Positions 58,803-64,000 of a DNA stretch of 64,000 nt are shown one piece after another. The position numbers were made by a program, and so were the translations under genes. This stretch comes from a virus, in the IMG/VR virus record IMGVR_UViG_3300032753_001573, positions 64,001 to 128,000 of that record. The stretch is one strand, 5' to 3'. The notes under the pieces are model-generated. The model made no database searches and had not been told where the DNA came from. It saw nothing but the letters and a program-made list of their open reading frames with translations. How positions within the stretch are numbered: position 1 is the first letter of the stretch; each line of letters begins with the position of its first letter.

Positions 58803-59015
58803 ATGGGGCACTATGATGATCAATATGAAGAAGATTATCGCTTAGAACGTGAAAGACGAGAGCGAATAGAAAAGGCTAAGATAGCCAAAGGATATGAAAA
58901 GGTTCCTGAACCTCTAAGAGATTTTCTAAAACAAGAATGGATTCATGCGGATCAATTAAAGACGTTGAGGCGTTGGTTGAATACGTGTCCTTACTGTAAA
59001 TTAGTAGACGATTGA
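58803..59015 (+). CDS. Hypothetical protein
   Basis: GAGG SD; 70 aa. Confidence 0.5.
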   Translation: MGHYDDQYEEDYRLERERRERIEKAKIAKGYEKVPEPLRDFLKQEWIHADQLKTLRRWLNTCPYCKLVDD

Positions 59016-59040
59016 GCACGCGATATAGCAGGAGAATTTT

Positions 59041-59487
59041 ATGGATAACCCAATTTTGAGAATGGACCTACCAGCCGGTATGGTTCTGATAGAATGCTTT
59101 CCAGATCTAGCACCCAATCATGTAGCGCAGATACTAGATCAAGCCAACAGAGGATTATACGACGGTACGGTTTTCCATAGAGTGATATCTGGATTTATGG
59201 CACAGGGCGGATGGACAAAACAGCAATTGCCGCAACTTCAGGCAGAGTTCAATGACTATCCTCATGTTGAGGGTACTTGCAGCATGGCTCGTACCAATGA
59301 CCCTAATAGTGCTAGTGATCAATTCTTCATCTGTTTCAATGACTGCAGATTCCTTGATCGGAATTATACAGTTTGGGGTAAAGTCATATATGGCATGAAG
59401 CATATACACGATGGTATTGCTAAGGGTGAACCGCCGGCGGAACCCACTCCAATTGTTCGCATGCGTCATGTAGGTACCATTAATTGA
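59041..59487 (+). CDS. Cyclophilin-type peptidyl-prolyl isomerase
   Basis: PDLAPNHV, YDGTVFHRVISGFMAQGG, SMART.DPNSA..QFFI, YTVWG.V. Confidence 0.93.
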   Translation: MDNPILRMDLPAGMVLIECFPDLAPNHVAQILDQANRGLYDGTVFHRVISGFMAQGGWTKQQLPQLQAEFNDYPHVEGTCSMARTNDPNSASDQFFICFNDCRFLDRNYTVWGKVIYGMKHIHDGIAKGEPPAEPTPIVRMRHVGTIN

Positions 59488-59519
59488 TATGTTATTATTA
59501 TAACAATAAATAATTTGCT

Positions 59520-60149
59520 ATGAAAGCAATTGAGAGAATACATTTAGAAATAACGAGCAGATGCACGTTAGCTTGTCCACAATGTCCTCGCACCGAATTT
59601 AAGGATTTAAATATTATATCTGATATGCCTATAGAGACAGCAGCAGCGGCATGTAAAGGATATAATCATATGTACATAGTTGGAAATCATGGAGATCCTA
59701 TATATCATCCTAAGTTTCATGAACTAATGTCTAGATTAAGGGAGGATAATCCTCTTTTGACATTTTATTTTCATACTAACGGAAGTTTCAGAAGTGAAAA
59801 ATGGTGGATAAAAACAGCTAATATACTCAATCATCTAGATGAGATAGTTTTCAGTATAGATGGTTTACCTGGTAATGATCTGTATAGAGTTAATTCTAGA
59901 TGGTCCTCTATAGAATTGGGTATCAAAACTTTACGTAAGCATAATACAAAATTAAAGATGACTTGGAAGTGGATACATTTCAAATATAATCAAAATGATG
60001 TAGAATCTGCTATAGATATTGCTAAAGATCTAGGTTTTGATCAATTCTGTTTCGTTGAGAGCGACAGGACTCAGGACGGACATTGGTTAACACCGGAGAT
60101 TTCCTGGAAATCAGTGAAGGATAAGTTATATGCCAGTTGTAGAAGCTAA
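59520..60149 (+). CDS. Radical SAM domain protein
   Basis: CTLACPQC (CxxxCxxC), GDP, HTNG, FSIDG. Confidence 0.88.
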   Translation: MKAIERIHLEITSRCTLACPQCPRTEFKDLNIISDMPIETAAAACKGYNHMYIVGNHGDPIYHPKFHELMSRLREDNPLLTFYFHTNGSFRSEKWWIKTANILNHLDEIVFSIDGLPGNDLYRVNSRWSSIELGIKTLRKHNTKLKMTWKWIHFKYNQNDVESAIDIAKDLGFDQFCFVESDRTQDGHWLTPEISWKSVKDKLYASCRS

Positions 60150-60489
60150 ATGCGCAAGAGGAGATTCTTCACCTTTTGTTAATCCGGATGGGTATTATTT
60201 TCCTTGCTGTTGGGTAATGAATATTCCTGAAGTTATAACTCTAAAAGAGTTTCTCGGCGATACATTTGAAGAGTTAAACATTAACAATTCTAGCTTAGAA
60301 GAGGCTATGAATAGCAATGCTATGAAAAGAATAAGAGATAGCTGGGAAGATGGTAGTTTTCAACCATGTGTATGGTATTGCAAACAAAAAAATAATTTGT
60401 ATAATGTACAAAATGAGCGAGAGTTTTTTATAGATTTGAAAAAATGGTCTAACCTAGAAGATTATAAAAATCTTAATTCCGGCTCTTGA
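60130..60489 (+). CDS. Stand-alone SPASM/twitch-like Fe-S domain protein
   Basis: C...DG..FPCC...CVWYC. Confidence 0.7.
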   Translation: MPVVEAKCARGDSSPFVNPDGYYFPCCWVMNIPEVITLKEFLGDTFEELNINNSSLEEAMNSNAMKRIRDSWEDGSFQPCVWYCKQKNNLYNVQNEREFFIDLKKWSNLEDYKNLNSGS

Positions 60490-60520
60490 AATTCACTAAT
60501 AAGTTTATTATATCTAATTA

Positions 60521-60572
60521 TGTAACAGTGCTTGAATAAGGCTGTTGCAAGCGATCTTGCTTCAAAAGGAGA
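60521..60572 (+). promoter_or_regulatory. ROSE-like two-hairpin leader of dnaK
   Basis: TCTT-G-CTT/AAG-GAGA pairing the SD with bulged G; upstream hairpin TGTAACAGT-G-CTT/AAG-GCTGTTGCA. Confidence 0.6.
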
Positions 60573-60577
60573 CAAAC

Positions 60578-62419
<1,842 letters not shown>

Positions 62420-62429
62420 CAGTGATATA

Positions 62430-62464
62430 ATTTCATAGGGTATGTAACCCATACCCTATGAAAT
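62430..62464. terminator. Bidirectional terminator between convergent genes
   Basis: ATTTCATAGGGTATG-TAACC-CATACCCTATGAAAT 15-bp stem. Confidence 0.8.
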
Positions 62465-62471
62465 CTTTCAT

Positions 62472-63035
62472 TTAACTTAATTTTAAATTGATAATATCAG
62501 CAGTTTGCTGATTCAATACAACCTCGTAATGATTTACCTTGAGGTCTATTAGTTCTATATCTTGTCTAGCTCGTTGACTAGACACAGTAACTACTCCGTC
62601 GTTAGTCCCAATTATCCACGGGACACTACCTGATATAGTTACTACATTGCACCAAGGCCATTTTATTGCTACTTTGCTGGCATAGCTAAATGGCCAGCTA
62701 GTTGGTCCAACGTCGTGCAATAGCTGGTACCACGGTAATATAGCTTTGGCATAAAATGGAATATGATGACCACCATACGGTGTTGAAAGTGTAACTCCGC
62801 CAGTTACCTTAGTTCCAAAATAATCTGCTAGATGCAGCGCATATATTCCGCCTAGGCTATGTGCTATAAATTGCATGTCTTTTAGATTTGATAAATCGCT
62901 CTTCATCATTTCTAGATTATTCTCAAATCCTCGATGACTGTCGTATGAAACCAGTATGCCATCTCCGCATTTGCTGCGTATGTAATTCCAACTGTTAACG
63001 GTGGCATTGGCACCGTGAATATAAACTTTTGCCAT
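62472..63035 (-). CDS. Alpha/beta hydrolase (lipase/esterase-like)
   Basis: YIHG, AHSLGG nucleophile elbow, STPYGG, NDGVV, NH. Confidence 0.85.
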   Translation of the reverse strand: MAKVYIHGANATVNSWNYIRSKCGDGILVSYDSHRGFENNLEMMKSDLSNLKDMQFIAHSLGGIYALHLADYFGTKVTGGVTLSTPYGGHHIPFYAKAILPWYQLLHDVGPTSWPFSYASKVAIKWPWCNVVTISGSVPWIIGTNDGVVTVSSQRARQDIELIDLKVNHYEVVLNQQTADIINLKLS

Positions 63036-63101
63036 TTGTGATATTTAGCGGTTGACAATTGATATTTAGGTGTTATTGTTCAAACAATGAGGAGTAACTA
63101 C

Positions 63102-63216
63102 ATGAAAAATCCTGTAGCCAAAGACCTGCGCACTCCAAAATATAAGCCTCGCATTGTACGTAACAAAAAAAGCATATACTCGCAAATCCAAGCACAAGGT
63201 AAACCGCAATGGTTAA
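63102..63216 (+). pseudogene. ArfA-like basic peptide gene interrupted by a +1 frameshift at an A7 run
   Basis: Promoter, GAGGAG SD, MKNPVAKDLRTPKYKPRIVRNKK, then AYTRKSKHK in the +1 frame. Confidence 0.6.
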
Positions 63217-63445
63217 GAAAAAGAATTCACATTTATCAAATGTAATTTTGATGATATGTTACAAAGCAATGGTGCTATTATTGCCATTAGCTATGATGCT
63301 CACAATGGTCTTTATTAGACTTAGTATGGAGGATGATCTAGCTACGTTTACTGTAGCTCTCCTCACGGCTGGCATTCTCGTTCAAATTTACGAACATCTT
63401 CTGTTAGAAGAGTTTGAATATCGCAGAAAGTTTGTGGGTAATTAA
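63209..63445 (+). CDS. Small membrane protein
   Basis: Two hydrophobic helices. Confidence 0.55.
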   Translation: MVKKKNSHLSNVILMICYKAMVLLLPLAMMLTMVFIRLSMEDDLATFTVALLTAGILVQIYEHLLLEEFEYRRKFVGN

Positions 63446-63497
63446 TTTTGGTTGACACGCTTCTTATAGATGCTATATTGCTCACATAGGAGGCGTT

Positions 63498-64000
63498 ATG
63501 GACATCAGTTTTATCACACAAGACCTGCGTGATCTGCGTGCTCATTTTAACCAGCATGGTTTTGATCTGCGACTGGTTGGTGGTGTCGTGCGTGACACGC
63601 TGGCGGGACTGCCTCCCAAGGATCTGGACCTGGCTACGGATGCCAAACCCCATGAGCAAGTTGAAATCTACAACGCTCACGGTTATCGCTGGATTGGCAC
63701 GGGCATGGATCACGGCACGATTACGGTCATGCTGGGTGACGAGCCGCATGAGATCACCAGCCTGCGCGTTGACGTTGAGACGGATGGCAGGCATGCCAAG
63801 GTTGCATTTACGAGCGATTGGGAAGCTGACCTGGGTCGCAGGGACCTGACGATCAATGCTATGGCTATGACGTTTGACGGCAGACTGATTGATCCGTTTG
63901 GTGGTGCTGACGATCTAGCCAACGGTGTTGTGAGATTTGTTGGCAACGCCGAAGCTAGGATCCGAGAAGACTATCTGAGGATCCTGCGGTTCTATCGCTT
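63498..64000 (+). CDS. cca: CCA-adding enzyme / tRNA nucleotidyltransferase (partial; runs off window; not in ORF track)
   Basis: Early promoter, AGGAGG SD; LVGGVVRD, KDLDLAT, HGT, RRDLTINAMA, DPFGG, EDYLRILRFYR. Confidence 0.95.
   Translation, partial: MDISFITQDLRDLRAHFNQHGFDLRLVGGVVRDTLAGLPPKDLDLATDAKPHEQVEIYNAHGYRWIGTGMDHGTITVMLGDEPHEITSLRVDVETDGRHAKVAFTSDWEADLGRRDLTINAMAMTFDGRLIDPFGGADDLANGVVRFVGNAEARIREDYLRILRFYR

Noticed and set aside
63363-63946. ORF-track calls 63363-63794, 63529-63849 and 63710-63946
   Set aside because: They overlap the unlisted cca frame starting at 63498, which has clear enzyme motifs.

Overview
A 64-kb segment of an AT-rich jumbo T4-like (Rak2/Atu_ph07-like) myophage. 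The host is probably an alphaproteobacterium, judged from the permuted two-piece tmRNA and alpha-type DnaK, cyclophilin and CCA enzyme. The window holds replication genes (gp62-like clamp-loader subunit, minimal DnaE-like polymerase, primase, gp41-like helicase, two-subunit topoisomerase II) and a late head/tail block driven by TAAATA promoters. The class Ia ribonucleotide reductase gene nrdA is fractured into two genes by a naturally split intein, with a translationally gated HNH endonuclease between the halves. A ~1-kb ncRNA cluster, an early-promoter array of small genes and several metabolic genes (agmatinase, QueD, IscA, glycosyltransferases) follow. The most notable theme is an apparently self-contained translation-rescue and proteostasis toolkit. 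It comprises a two-piece tmRNA with a non-canonical tag (VNDNVAPYEMSLAV), ClpX with an RKH->RKN degron-recognition loop, an Smr nuclease, an ArfA-like peptide, ClpS, Hsp20 and DnaK (these two share a ROSE-like two-hairpin leader), IF3, bS21, TilS and a CCA-adding enzyme. A preQ1-riboswitch-like pseudoknot precedes the queD operon. All assignments come from motif recognition by eye; no searches were run.
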